A stretch of 33,669 bases of DNA from Clostridia bacterium (GTDB lineage Bacteria > Bacillota > Sulfobacillia > SLMV01), in assembly GCA_007136565.1 (NCBI GenBank), contig SLGS01000074.1:1-33669 (forward strand), written 5' to 3'. Under the pieces are notes generated by a model. The model was given only the letters and a program-made list of their open reading frames with translations. It ran no database searches and was not told where the DNA came from. This document shows, one piece after another, positions 1 to 9,136 of the stretch. The first letter of the stretch is position 1, and every line of letters begins with the position of its first letter. Both the position numbers and the translations under genes were made by a program.

Positions 1-2
1 AC

Positions 3-515
3 CTAGAAGAAGAGGATTGGGATTACCAGGTCGACGTCCAGCTGCGCGGGGCCTTCCTGATGGCCAGGGCCGCCGGTCGCATAATGATAGACCAGGGCAG
101 GGGTGGGCGCATCGTCAACATCGGGTCGACGTCGTCCGCGGTGGCGCGTTTCCACTCCGGACCGCACTCCGCCTCCAAGGCCGGTATCATAATGCTGACC
201 CGGGTGTTGGCCCTGGAGCTTGGACCCCACGGCATCACCGCCAACGTTGTGGCCCCGGGACTGACGGACATCCGGGACATATCCCACCACGGATCGTCCA
301 CCGACGACTACATCGCGAACTTCGTCAGAGAGGTTCCCATCGGCAGGCTCGGGCGCCCAGAAGAGATCGCCGAGGCCGTCATGTACATGTGCTCCGATGG
401 CGCGGCGTTCACCACGGGGCAGATCATATACATCGATGGTGGCTACAGCTCGGGCAAGATCGGCGTGCAGGGTACGCACACCCGATCCGTCACGCCGAAA
501 CCCGAAGGACAATGA
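3..515 (+). CDS. Short-chain dehydrogenase/reductase (SDR) family oxidoreductase, N-terminus cut off by the window edge
   Basis: The frame is open from the first bases (LEEEDWDYQVDVQLRGAFLMARAAG...). It shows SDR core motifs GRIVNIGS, HSASKAG (YxxxK position), NVVAPG, PIGRLGRPEEIA and GQIIYIDGG. The stop TGA at 513-515 overlaps the next ATG. Confidence 0.85.
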   Translation, partial: LEEEDWDYQVDVQLRGAFLMARAAGRIMIDQGRGGRIVNIGSTSSAVARFHSGPHSASKAGIIMLTRVLALELGPHGITANVVAPGLTDIRDISHHGSSTDDYIANFVREVPIGRLGRPEEIAEAVMYMCSDGAAFTTGQIIYIDGGYSSGKIGVQGTHTRSVTPKPEGQ

Positions 516-1735
516 GCTCGTCGCCCGTCGCTCGACAAACGCGGGGCCTGGTGCTTGTCAATTTGAACCTCGTGGATGTCGTGGGCAAGCGCGTACTGCC
601 GGACCACGTGGTCGTCATCGAAGATGATGCCATCGCCCGAGTCGGGCCCCGGTCGGATTTTGGTAGCTGCATTTCCTCGGTCGGGTGCGAGCGGCTGGAC
701 CTGGGGGGAAACTACCTGGTTCCGGGGATATCCGACGTCCACGTTCATCTCCTCTCGTCCTTCGCCGAAGACTTCGGGGGGAAGGATGCCCTGGAGGCGC
801 AACCGCCCGCGATACAGGCGCACCTGGCGTCCCTGCAGGCTCGACGGGCCCTGGATTCTGGCATCACTCTCTTGCGCGCCGTGGGAGAATCGTCCTACCA
901 GGATGTGGCCCTCAAGCACGCCGTGACGCGGGGTTGGACCATCGGCCCCCAGGTGGTGACGTCGGGTCACATCATCATCAGGACCGCGGGTCACGGCAGT
1001 GGGTCGTCGACGTGCACCGAGGTCGACGGGCCCTGGGAGATGTTGCGGGCCGTGAGGGAAGAGGCCCGAAACGATGTCGATTTCGTAAAGCTCATGGGCA
1101 CCGGCGGTGTGGCGTCCTTTAGGGACCCGCACAATGTACCCCAGTTCCTGGACGAGGAACTGGTGATGGCGGTGAAAGCCGCCGGGGGCCTGGGCAAGCC
1201 CGTAGCCGTTCACGCCGGGGAATCGCGGTTCATCGAGAGGTGCGCTCAACTCGGGGTGCGTTCCATCGAGCACGGCTACGAACTGGATGAACGCGCAGCC
1301 TCGGCCATGGCCGAAAACGGAACCTACCTGGTCCCGACGCTGGTGGTTACCTCCGACGAGGAATACATCGCCGAAAGACCTCCGTGGATACAGGAGAGGG
1401 CCAGGGCCGTGCGCGATGCCCACGTGCAATCCTATCGAACGGCGCTCGCCGCCGGGGTCAAGATCGCCGTGGGGACCGACGTACCCGACTTTTGGCGTTA
1501 CACTCACCGGGAGATGCGATTGCTGGCGGAGATGGGGATGTCCAACTGGGACGTCATGGCGGCAGCCGTCGTTACATCGGCGGAGCTTTGTGGCCTTCCC
1601 CGTGGTGGCGTCGAAGTCGGATCCCCGGCTAACCTCATAGCCGTATCCGTTGATCCATCGCAATCCCTGGACTTCGAGCACCCTTCGCTGGTGATCGCGC
1701 GGGGGGTTGTCGTGCGAAACGGCAGCGGCATCTAG
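512..1735 (+). CDS. Metal-dependent amidohydrolase (amidohydrolase superfamily, imidazolonepropionase/prolidase-like)
   Basis: ATG at 512 forms an ATGA overlap with the SDR stop. Motifs present are LVPGISDVHVHL (HxH), KLMGTGGV, VHAGE, IEHG and VGTDV. The long track ORF from 17 is an out-of-frame overlap with the SDR gene and is not the true start. Confidence 0.82.
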   Translation: MSSSPVARQTRGLVLVNLNLVDVVGKRVLPDHVVVIEDDAIARVGPRSDFGSCISSVGCERLDLGGNYLVPGISDVHVHLLSSFAEDFGGKDALEAQPPAIQAHLASLQARRALDSGITLLRAVGESSYQDVALKHAVTRGWTIGPQVVTSGHIIIRTAGHGSGSSTCTEVDGPWEMLRAVREEARNDVDFVKLMGTGGVASFRDPHNVPQFLDEELVMAVKAAGGLGKPVAVHAGESRFIERCAQLGVRSIEHGYELDERAASAMAENGTYLVPTLVVTSDEEYIAERPPWIQERARAVRDAHVQSYRTALAAGVKIAVGTDVPDFWRYTHREMRLLAEMGMSNWDVMAAAVVTSAELCGLPRGGVEVGSPANLIAVSVDPSQSLDFEHPSLVIARGVVVRNGSGI

Positions 1736-1740
1736 GTGCT

Positions 1741-1779
1741 CGCGTACGGGATGCAGTTCTCTTGGGCATCCCGTACGCG
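1741..1779 (+). terminator. Strong hairpin after the amidohydrolase stop (14-bp perfect inverted repeat, no clear U-tract)
   Basis: cgcgtacgggatgc (1741-1754) is the exact reverse complement of gcatcccgtacgcg (1766-1779), with an 11-nt loop. Confidence 0.5.
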
Positions 1780-1905
1780 GACTTACCTCTAGCGGTGATC
1801 GCGGGAGGTGTAAACCCCATCGCCGTGGGTCGAGAGGAGATGTCTCCGCGGTCGTAGGGTTCGTGGAATTATCCCGCTCGCCCACCCGACGAATGCGCCG
1901 TTCCC

Positions 1906-1934
1906 TTGACACGGAGCCACCGGCGTTATAGCGT
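1906..1934 (+). promoter_or_regulatory. Sigma70-type promoter for the riboswitch-controlled met operon
   Basis: TTGACA (1906-1911), a 17-nt spacer, then TAGCGT (1929-1934, fits TAnnnT). It lies about 20 nt upstream of the riboswitch P1 stem. Confidence 0.5.
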
Positions 1935-1949
1935 GAACCCCAAACTATC

Positions 1950-2065
1950 AGATTATCTCTTATCCAGAGAGGCTGAGGGACTGGCCCGATGAAGCCCGGC
2001 AACCGGCGATATCTCGCGACGGTGCCAAATCCTGCGATGTGCTAGCACATCGATAGATGAGGGGA
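1950..2065 (+). promoter_or_regulatory. SAM-I (S-box) riboswitch aptamer
   Basis: CTCTTATCCAGAGAGGCTGAGGGACTGGCCCGATGAAGCCCGGCAACC...GGTGCCAAATCCTGC...GATAGATGAG is nearly identical to the conserved SAM-I core (CUUAUCaAGAGaGGyGGAGGGAcUGGCCCgAUGAAaCCCgGCAACC...GGUGCcAAuUCC...AGAUgAG). It sits upstream of methionine biosynthesis genes. Confidence 0.94.
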
Positions 2066-2079
2066 AGCTTTTGTACCGG

Positions 2080-2116
2080 AGGTCCCTTCCATCACGAAGG
2101 GGCCTTTATTAGTTTT
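2080..2116 (+). terminator. Intrinsic terminator forming the riboswitch expression platform
   Basis: aggtcccttc (2080-2089) pairs with gaaggggcct (2096-2105) with one G-U pair and a 6-nt loop. It is followed by ttattagtttt. Confidence 0.7.
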
Positions 2117-2156
2117 CGGTCCTGCTGAGCAATGCATTGGCTCCGGATGGGGGAGA

Positions 2157-2777
2157 GTGTCCTTGGTGGATGACAGAGTATACCGGGTTGGCGAGGTAGC
2201 GGTTCACCCCGACGCAGGGGCCGTGGCCGCGGCCGCCGGTTATCCCGTTGGATCCAGCGATACGAGGATGGAGCGCACCCTGCGGCGTGCCCAAGGGCGG
2301 TACAGGGTCGAGCTCGCCTACTCCCGCGACTCAGTGGTCGTTAGCGGGGAGAGGATCGAAATCGGAGGGCATTCCACCCTTGATTCCCTTTCATTGTCGC
2401 GTTTCTTGCGGGGATGTACCGGCATCTTACTCCTGGCGTCCACGCTCGGTGCGCGAGTATCCGAGGATATCGAAAGGTTGGGCGAGACCGGGCGCATGGA
2501 CGAGGCCCACCTCCTCGATGCCGTCGCTTCCGAGATGGCCGACGAAGGGCTCGACGTCGCCCGGCGCATGGCCGTTCGCCATTTACTTAACCGGGGGGAG
2601 ATGGCCGCGCGTCGAAGGTTCAGCCCGGGATACGGGGATGTCGACCTCGGCTTTCAGCGGGTCTTGTTCGACCGATTGCGCCTGGGAGATCTCGGGATGT
2701 CGATACTGCCCAGTTGCATGCTGGTGCCAGAGAAGAGCGTCTTGGCGATGGTGGGGATTAGGAGGATGATGCGGTGA
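2157..2777 (+). CDS. Stand-alone methionine synthase activation (reactivation, SAM-binding) domain protein
   Basis: RRRFSPGYGDVDLGFQRVLFDRL and SCMLVPEKSVLAMVGI resemble the Met_synt_B12 activation domain (RxSPGYGDW ... MxPxKSVS). The start is GTG preceded by gggggaga. The stop overlaps the metH GTG (GTGA). Confidence 0.8.
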   Translation: MSLVDDRVYRVGEVAVHPDAGAVAAAAGYPVGSSDTRMERTLRRAQGRYRVELAYSRDSVVVSGERIEIGGHSTLDSLSLSRFLRGCTGILLLASTLGARVSEDIERLGETGRMDEAHLLDAVASEMADEGLDVARRMAVRHLLNRGEMAARRRFSPGYGDVDLGFQRVLFDRLRLGDLGMSILPSCMLVPEKSVLAMVGIRRMMR

Positions 2778-5179
2778 GCGAGAAGAGATTGTGGGAATTG
2801 CTGCGGGGTGGGCACATCCTGATGGATGGGGCGACCGGGCACGATTTGTTCCGGCTCGGGATGCCCCCGGGGGTGTGTCCGGAGGCGTGGATCCTGGAGA
2901 ACCCGGAAACGATCCGCGATCTGCAATCCCGCTACGTGGCGGCGGGATCCCGGGTGATCCTAACCCCGACCTTCGGCGCCAACCGCCGCAAGCTGGCCGG
3001 ATACGGTCTGGCGGATGACGTGGGGGAGATGAACCGAAGACTGGCCGAGTTATCGCGCTCGGTCGCCGGTCGGTCCCTGGTAGCGGGTGACGTGTCCATG
3101 ACCGGTGAATTCGTGCGACCGACGGGATCGCTGGATTTCGAGGAAGCCGTGGACCTATTCCGCGAGCAGATCGACGGATTGGTGCAAGGCGGCGTCGACT
3201 TGATATTCGTGGAGACCATGGTCGACCTCGCCGAGGCCCGGGCGGCACTCATCGCCGCTCGCGAGGCTTGTGATCTCCCGGTGATCTGCAGCATGACCTT
3301 CGAACCCGGTGGTGCCACGGTTACGGGCGTTCATCCCGCCAGCGCCCTCATCACGTTGCAGTCTTTGGGGGCCTTTGCCGTCGGATGCAACTGTTCCACC
3401 GGGCCCCGGGATATGCTGGGCATCATATCGGAGATGGTGCCCTACGCCGAGGTCCCGTTGGTGGCAAAGCCCAACGCCGGGTTGCCGAGGATGACGCTGG
3501 AAGGCGATGCACATTACCCGCTTTCCCCCGACGAATTCGCCGAGGAGTGCGCCCCGCTCCTGGCGGCCGGCGTGGAGATCATCGGGGGTTGCTGTGGGAC
3601 GAATCCCGGACACATCGCGGCTCTGGCCGCCCTCGACGATGGCTTCGGGGGACAACCTCCGCGATCCAGGGGTTCCCATCGCGGGATCGTTTGCTCGCCG
3701 AGGCGGCGGGTCGATCTCGGCGAGGCCCGACTGCGGATCATCGGTGAGCGCATAAACCCCAGCGGGAACCGCGAGCTATCGGAGGCTTTGAAACTCGGGC
3801 GTATGCACGTCGTGCGGGAATACGCCATCGAGCAGGAGGAGTGCGGGGCGGATCTACTGGACGTCAACGTGGGCTCACCTGCTTCGGGGGAACTACACAT
3901 AATCGACGCAGTCGTGGAGGAGATGGCCGCCCGAGATGTCCCTGTGGCCATCGACTCCGCGGATCCCGAGGTCATCCGCCGCGCCCTTCGTCACTACCCC
4001 GGGAGGGCACTGGTGAACTCCATCTCCCTCGAGCCCGAAAGGGCTGACGTTCTGCTGGATATCTGCCGCCAGTACGGTGCCGCCTTCATAGCCCTACCCA
4101 TAGGCGAGGATGGCATACCCGACACCGCGGAGGAACGCTTCGAAGTCCTCCGACGGATCGGGGAGAAAGCCACCGGGGATTACGCCATCGACCCCCGGGA
4201 CATCGTGTACGATTGCCTGATGCTACCGCTCTCCGCCGACCCCCGCGCCGCGGAGAAGGCTCTCGAGCTGGTGGAGCGGGTTCGGGACGAATTGGATGCC
4301 CCCGCCGTGTTGGGCGTGTCCAACCTCTCCTTCGGTCTGCCCCGCCGGGGTGCCCTCAACGCGACGTTTTTGGCCATGGCTTCCCGGGCCGGTTTGAACC
4401 TGGCCATAGCGAACCCCTGCGACGAGGCGGTAAGGGAGGTTCGGTTCTGCGTGGAAGCCATATCGGGTGGGGACGAGGGGCTTTCTGAGTACCTAGGCCT
4501 TTGGGTGAACGATGAAGATGGCGGGGACTTCGATTCCCTGGGTACGGCGGATAAGATCCGTTATTGCGTGCTCAGGGGGCTTCACGAGCGGGTGGTTGGG
4601 CTCGTCGGTACGGCCCTGGGCGAGATGGAGCCCGGAGACATCCTGGACTCCGCCGTGTTCCCCGCCATCCGCGAAGTGGGGACCCGCTACGAGGATGGTC
4701 GCATGTACCTGCCGCAGCTGGTCGCGTCGGCCCAGGCCGTGGAAAAGGCCGTCGCCTCCCTTCGCGAGTTGTATCCCGAGCGCGACGACGGGCGTGCACC
4801 CGTAGTGGTGATGGCTACGGTGAGGGGCGATGTCCACGACATCGGCAAGAACCTGGTTTGCATGATGCTCCGCAATCACGGCTTCCGTGTCATCGACCTG
4901 GGCCGCGATGTGCCCGCGGAGAGGATTCTCGACACACTGGTTCGGGAGAAGGCGGACCTGGTGGGGTTGTCCGCCTTGATGACCACCACGGCCGCCGAGA
5001 TGCGCAAGGTTGTCGCCGATATTCGCAGCCGGGAAATCCCCTGCCGCGTTTTGGTGGGTGGGGCGGTGATCACCGGGGATTTCGCCGAGGAGATAGGGGC
5101 GGATGGCTACGCATCCGACATGCACTCCGCCGTAGCCGTCGCCTCGCGCCTGGTGGGTGAGACGGGGGGTGCGCCATGA
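2774..5179 (+). CDS. metH: Cobalamin-dependent methionine synthase core (homocysteine S-methyltransferase + pterin-binding + B12-binding domains; no activation domain)
   Basis: The N-terminus shows the Hcy-binding pattern (ILMDGATGH ... GGCCGTNP). The middle is a pterin-binding region. The C-terminus carries the B12-binding motif GDVHDIGKNLV with LSALMTTT. At 801 aa it is too short to include the activation module. Confidence 0.92.
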   Translation: MSEKRLWELLRGGHILMDGATGHDLFRLGMPPGVCPEAWILENPETIRDLQSRYVAAGSRVILTPTFGANRRKLAGYGLADDVGEMNRRLAELSRSVAGRSLVAGDVSMTGEFVRPTGSLDFEEAVDLFREQIDGLVQGGVDLIFVETMVDLAEARAALIAAREACDLPVICSMTFEPGGATVTGVHPASALITLQSLGAFAVGCNCSTGPRDMLGIISEMVPYAEVPLVAKPNAGLPRMTLEGDAHYPLSPDEFAEECAPLLAAGVEIIGGCCGTNPGHIAALAALDDGFGGQPPRSRGSHRGIVCSPRRRVDLGEARLRIIGERINPSGNRELSEALKLGRMHVVREYAIEQEECGADLLDVNVGSPASGELHIIDAVVEEMAARDVPVAIDSADPEVIRRALRHYPGRALVNSISLEPERADVLLDICRQYGAAFIALPIGEDGIPDTAEERFEVLRRIGEKATGDYAIDPRDIVYDCLMLPLSADPRAAEKALELVERVRDELDAPAVLGVSNLSFGLPRRGALNATFLAMASRAGLNLAIANPCDEAVREVRFCVEAISGGDEGLSEYLGLWVNDEDGGDFDSLGTADKIRYCVLRGLHERVVGLVGTALGEMEPGDILDSAVFPAIREVGTRYEDGRMYLPQLVASAQAVEKAVASLRELYPERDDGRAPVVVMATVRGDVHDIGKNLVCMMLRNHGFRVIDLGRDVPAERILDTLVREKADLVGLSALMTTTAAEMRKVVADIRSREIPCRVLVGGAVITGDFAEEIGADGYASDMHSAVAVASRLVGETGGAP

Positions 5180-6057
5180 GGGTGAGCGAGATAGTCCGGA
5201 GGTCGCGCGGCTTCTCGTATTCCTTCGAAGTCTTCCCCGGTATGGGGAGAAATGGTCGGAATATCTACCGCGTAATCGATGAGATGGTAAAACTGGGACC
5301 CCGGTTCATCAGCGTCACCTACGGAGCGGGCGGGGGCAACCGGCGGGACCTGTTGAGCCTCTGTGGCCACATAGCCGCCCGGGGAGTCACTCCACTGCCC
5401 CATTTCACCGCCGTGGGGCACACCCGGCGCGAAGTGGACGAGGTGCTCTCCAGCTTCAGAGATCACCGATTCGAGAACGTCCTGGCCCTTCGCGGCGACC
5501 CGCCCCGGAATCACGAGGGTCCGGTGGAGGATCTGTTTCGGGACTTCTCCAACGCCTCACAGCTCATCCGCCACGTGAAGGAACACCACCCCCCGTGCGT
5601 GGGTGCCGCCGCTTACCCGGAGGGTCGTCCCGATTGTTCCCGGGAGGACAACCTGGGATATGCGCGGGAGAAACGGGATGCGGGGGCCGAATTCTTCATA
5701 ACGCAGATGTTTTTCGAAAATGATTGTTTCTACCGCTTCGTGGAGGAGTCCGGTCTCGGCGAGGCGGTGATCCCCGGGATACTGCCCATCTTCGGGCCGG
5801 GGCAGCTGGAGATGGCCAAGAATCTGGCCGGCGCCCATATCCCGCGGCCCCTACTCCAGCGATTGATGCGATGTCGAGATGACGCCGAAGCCTTTCGCGA
5901 AGTGGGACTGGATCACGCGTCGGCGCAGATATCCGAGCTGGTAGGGGCCGGTTTCGGTTTCGTCCACATCTTCACCCTGAACCGTTGGCGGGATACGGCG
6001 GAACTATTGGAGAGGGTCCGGTTGCGGGATCGGAGGAGGGCCAGTGGCCCTCGCTAG
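5176..6057 (+). CDS. metF: 5,10-methylenetetrahydrofolate reductase
   Basis: ATGA overlap with metH. MTHFR motifs present are SFEVFP, ISVTYGAGG, PHFTAVG, NVLALRGDPP and FFITQMFF. Confidence 0.9.
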   Translation: MRVSEIVRRSRGFSYSFEVFPGMGRNGRNIYRVIDEMVKLGPRFISVTYGAGGGNRRDLLSLCGHIAARGVTPLPHFTAVGHTRREVDEVLSSFRDHRFENVLALRGDPPRNHEGPVEDLFRDFSNASQLIRHVKEHHPPCVGAAAYPEGRPDCSREDNLGYAREKRDAGAEFFITQMFFENDCFYRFVEESGLGEAVIPGILPIFGPGQLEMAKNLAGAHIPRPLLQRLMRCRDDAEAFREVGLDHASAQISELVGAGFGFVHIFTLNRWRDTAELLERVRLRDRRRASGPR

Positions 6058-6183
6058 CGCGGAGATCGACCCCGGGACGCATCCTGGTCGTGTGGCCGGG
6101 GTTGGCACGGGTTCGCAGTGTGGGACCGATGAGTATTTCCTCGGTCGGAAAAGGCGAGCGAAGATATACCCACGACGGGAGGT

Positions 6184-7053
6184 ATGGAAGTGAAGACGGT
6201 AGCATTCCAAGGTGAAAGCGGAGCCTATTCGGAGGAGGCCATTCGAGAGCATTTCGGCGCTAAGGTGAGTACGCTGGCGCGCCAGAGTTTCGAGGGAATA
6301 TTCGCGGCGGTGGGTGCCGGGGAAGCGGACCTGGGTGCCTTGCCGGTGGAAAACTCCACGGCGGGAAGCATCAACCGCGCCTACGACCTATTGCTGCAAC
6401 ACGATTTCAAGGTGCACGGTGAAATGGTTCTCCGCGTGCGCCATAATCTCATGACTGTGGCCGGCGGGGACGGGGAGATCACCCACGTTCGCAGCCACCC
6501 CCAGGCCCTGGCGCAGTGCGAACGATTCCTCAACGAGCGGGGATACGTGGCCGTGCCCTGGTACGATACCGCCGGGGCCGCCCGGGATCTCGCCCGCGAC
6601 CCAGAGGGGGGAGTGGGTGTCATCGCTTCGGCCCTGGCGGCCGAGGAATACGGCCTGGAGATCATAACCCGGGACGTGGAGGACTCCCCGGACAACTTCA
6701 CCCGTTTCTTCCTGGTGGGTCGCGGCGAGGCCCCGCGCGCGGATCACTCCAAGACGAGCCTCATCTTCGCCGTTCCCCACGCCCCGGGTTCCCTGGTCGC
6801 GGCGTTGCGGGAGCTTTCCGACAGGGACATTAACCTCACCAAACTCGAGAGTCGTCCCCGCCGCGGCAGGACCTGGGAGTACTTCTTCTACGTGGATTTC
6901 GAGGGGCACTGGGAAGAGGATCGTTGTCGCGACGCCCTGGCGGGTCTCTTGAATCGGGCGGCGTTCCTGAAGTCGCTGGGTAGTTACCCGGCGGCGACGC
7001 CCTCGGACGATCCCGAGTCCGACGAGGGACAGCGGGAGATGCTTCAGATCTGA
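6184..7053 (+). CDS. pheA: Prephenate dehydratase with C-terminal ACT domain
   Basis: Motifs [40 protein letters not shown] and [18 protein letters not shown]...[11 protein letters not shown] gggagg RBS precedes the ATG. Confidence 0.9.
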   Translation: MEVKTVAFQGESGAYSEEAIREHFGAKVSTLARQSFEGIFAAVGAGEADLGALPVENSTAGSINRAYDLLLQHDFKVHGEMVLRVRHNLMTVAGGDGEITHVRSHPQALAQCERFLNERGYVAVPWYDTAGAARDLARDPEGGVGVIASALAAEEYGLEIITRDVEDSPDNFTRFFLVGRGEAPRADHSKTSLIFAVPHAPGSLVAALRELSDRDINLTKLESRPRRGRTWEYFFYVDFEGHWEEDRCRDALAGLLNRAAFLKSLGSYPAATPSDDPESDEGQREMLQI

Positions 7054-7075
7054 GTAGTGGATAGAGCGATCAAGT

Positions 7076-7123
7076 GAACGGGCCCCGCCGGGAGCGGCAC
7101 CTTATCCCCGGCGGGGTCCGTTC
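7076..7123 (+). terminator. Long GC hairpin downstream of pheA (putative terminator)
   Basis: gaacgggccccgccgg (7076-7091) pairs with ccggcggggtccgttc (7108-7123). That gives 16 bp with one G-U pair. There is no U-tract. Confidence 0.45.
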
Positions 7124-7296
7124 ATCGGGCCGGAATCACCCCGGGGGGTGATGACAGGTCACCCTCCGCCCACCTACCGTTGAAACGGCGCTCTTGCCCC
7201 CGTAGAAGACTAACCGAGGGGCTCGGTGCGCGACGTCGAATCGAAGGTAATCCCGGACCGGAGAGGATTGGTGTTCTATTGCCCCAACGGAGAGCA

Positions 7297-8883
7297 TTGA
7301 ATTCGAAGGACCACATTCGCGCGCGCGGATCGCTGCGACCGAGGCGCGTCCGCGTCCTTGCGCTCGTCCCAATAATATTACTACTCGCTGCGACGACCAT
7401 GGTGGCCTGTGGAGGTTCCGATGACGGAGCGCCGAACGGGGCATCGGACTCGCCGGACGGCGGCACTCTCGCCGCCGGGGATGCGACCCCGGATACGGCG
7501 GGAAATGACTCCGCTGCTGCGGGCGAGCTCCCCTTCGATTCCGCGACCCTGGTGGAAGCCATCGAGGAAGCGCACGGCCCCCTGGGCGAGGGGGGAGAGG
7601 GGCGATTCCTCCTGGGTTTCATGACCACCGAAGTGGTGGACGGCATTCCCGTGGACGCGGTGGAGAGCTACAACACGGGGGAGGAAGAGATATTCGCCTG
7701 GGTTGTCTTCGATGGCCTGGACGCCACCGCCCTGGAGGGCGAGATCCGTATTCCCTCTCGAGATGACGAGGTGGTGGCCACCGCTGAAGTGACGTTGGCC
7801 CATGGCCATGGTTGGAGTGGGATCCAGTTCCCCAGGCCCGATGAGGGTTGGCGGGTGGCCCATTACGAGGCCGTCATCAGTTCAGGTGAAGCCGAGATCA
7901 CCATGGAGTTCGTCATAAACTACCACCCGACCGGGGGGTCGAGCCTGGTTGCGGCCGACGGCCGGGTGAGCCTGCCGGGCGCCGTCGCGGTCCCGGGGGG
8001 GTCCTCGGGTTCTTGGCAGCTGGCCGATATACCGACGCCCGAGGACGGGTTCGGTGGTCTCTTGGTGGAATCGGGCCGTTGCCTCGCCTTCAACTACAGG
8101 GGAGACCTGGCGGTCTCCGATGATGGGGTGACCTGGGAGTCCATTACCCCCGATTTCGAAGTGGCACCCACCTCCTTCGACTCGGCCAACGGTCGATTCT
8201 TCGGTTTCACGCAGTCCCGTCCCAACCAGTATTCGTCCGGCGACGGGGTAAGTTGGACGCGATTCGAGATGGGTAACCATGATCCCCTTTCGAACATCTG
8301 GCATACCCACGATGGATATGTGGGTGGGTCGCACAGGAACATGATGATGCACTCCGAGGATGGTGGCACCACCTGGTGGCGCTACGGCTACGAAAAGGAA
8401 GGCCACACCAGCACCCAAAACGTCTATCTGCATGAAGTTAACCAGTTCTTCTACCACGGTGGCGAGTACTGGTGGGTCAAAGAAGACGGGATCGAACGGG
8501 GGAGGGTGCTGCACGATCCAGACACCTGGATACCCTTCGGCGAGGATGAATCCCGCATAGCCGGCGCCCGGGTGATCATCAATGGCGATGACATAATCTT
8601 CTGGCGTCACGGCACCCGGGACCTATGGGAGTATACCGGGGGCGGGTTTGCCAGGATAGATACGGATCTCGGGGGCGATGCCCTCTCCTCGATACTCCCG
8701 GGGAACGGGGGATACCTCGGGGTTCGATGGGACGGGGCGGTATTGCGATCCCCCGACGCCAGGGATTGGCACCTGGTGGCCGAAAGTCCCGAGGTCAACG
8801 AAGCCCCGGGGGGCTCGGCCATCGTCGGGGATCGGCTGGTGGTCATCTTCGGGGGCGTACTGTACAGTACGCCCATCGATTGA
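7297..8883 (+). CDS. Secreted lipoprotein with BNR/Asp-box repeats (probable beta-propeller)
   Basis: Signal peptide plus lipobox: RVRVLALVPIILLLAATTMVAC-GG. Asp-box motifs are SDDGVTWESI, SGDGVSWTRF and SEDGGTTWWRY. The ORF is open from TTG 7180 and contains no ATG before the signal peptide. In-frame TTG codons at 7279 and 7297 are the candidate starts, so the start is uncertain. Confidence 0.72.
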   Translation: MNSKDHIRARGSLRPRRVRVLALVPIILLLAATTMVACGGSDDGAPNGASDSPDGGTLAAGDATPDTAGNDSAAAGELPFDSATLVEAIEEAHGPLGEGGEGRFLLGFMTTEVVDGIPVDAVESYNTGEEEIFAWVVFDGLDATALEGEIRIPSRDDEVVATAEVTLAHGHGWSGIQFPRPDEGWRVAHYEAVISSGEAEITMEFVINYHPTGGSSLVAADGRVSLPGAVAVPGGSSGSWQLADIPTPEDGFGGLLVESGRCLAFNYRGDLAVSDDGVTWESITPDFEVAPTSFDSANGRFFGFTQSRPNQYSSGDGVSWTRFEMGNHDPLSNIWHTHDGYVGGSHRNMMMHSEDGGTTWWRYGYEKEGHTSTQNVYLHEVNQFFYHGGEYWWVKEDGIERGRVLHDPDTWIPFGEDESRIAGARVIINGDDIIFWRHGTRDLWEYTGGGFARIDTDLGGDALSSILPGNGGYLGVRWDGAVLRSPDARDWHLVAESPEVNEAPGGSAIVGDRLVVIFGGVLYSTPID

Positions 8884-8939
8884 GCGAGATCGGATGAGGA
8901 GCGTTGAGCCCGCATCCCAGGTTACATAGAGAAGGGGAG

Positions 8940-8969
8940 GGTCCCGTGGGGGCGTGGCCGCGCGGGACC
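8940..8969 (+). terminator. Hairpin in the convergent intergenic region
   Basis: ggtcccg (8940-8946) pairs with cgggacc (8963-8969). Confidence 0.3.
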
Positions 8970-9136
8970 ACTCCTCGAGGTCGAGGGTTCCCTTGGGAAC
9001 GGGGGATGCGGAGGAAACCCAATGCGGTGAGCAGCTATCACCACCTCTATCTTCTCCTCTAACGTCCGTTGATGCTAAGCGTTCACGGATCCCCCTACGG
9101 GTATCGTGACCCGCAGGATCGATCGAGACGCCGATA

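Noticed and set aside
17-511. N-terminal 165-residue extension of the amidohydrolase ORF (track ORF 17-1735).
   Set aside because: It overlaps the SDR gene in another frame and is Arg/Gly/His-rich nonsense. The ATG at 512 gives a typical amidohydrolase N-terminus and an ATGA coupling with the SDR stop.
443-2002. Very long antisense or alternative-frame ORFs (for example 443-2002 minus, 21100-22101 minus, 28909-30336 minus, 7882-8610 minus, 12429-13235 minus).
   Set aside because: They lie opposite or overlapping genes with clear family motifs. Their translations are Arg/Pro/Gly-rich with no recognisable domains. Open shadow frames like these are expected in high-GC DNA.
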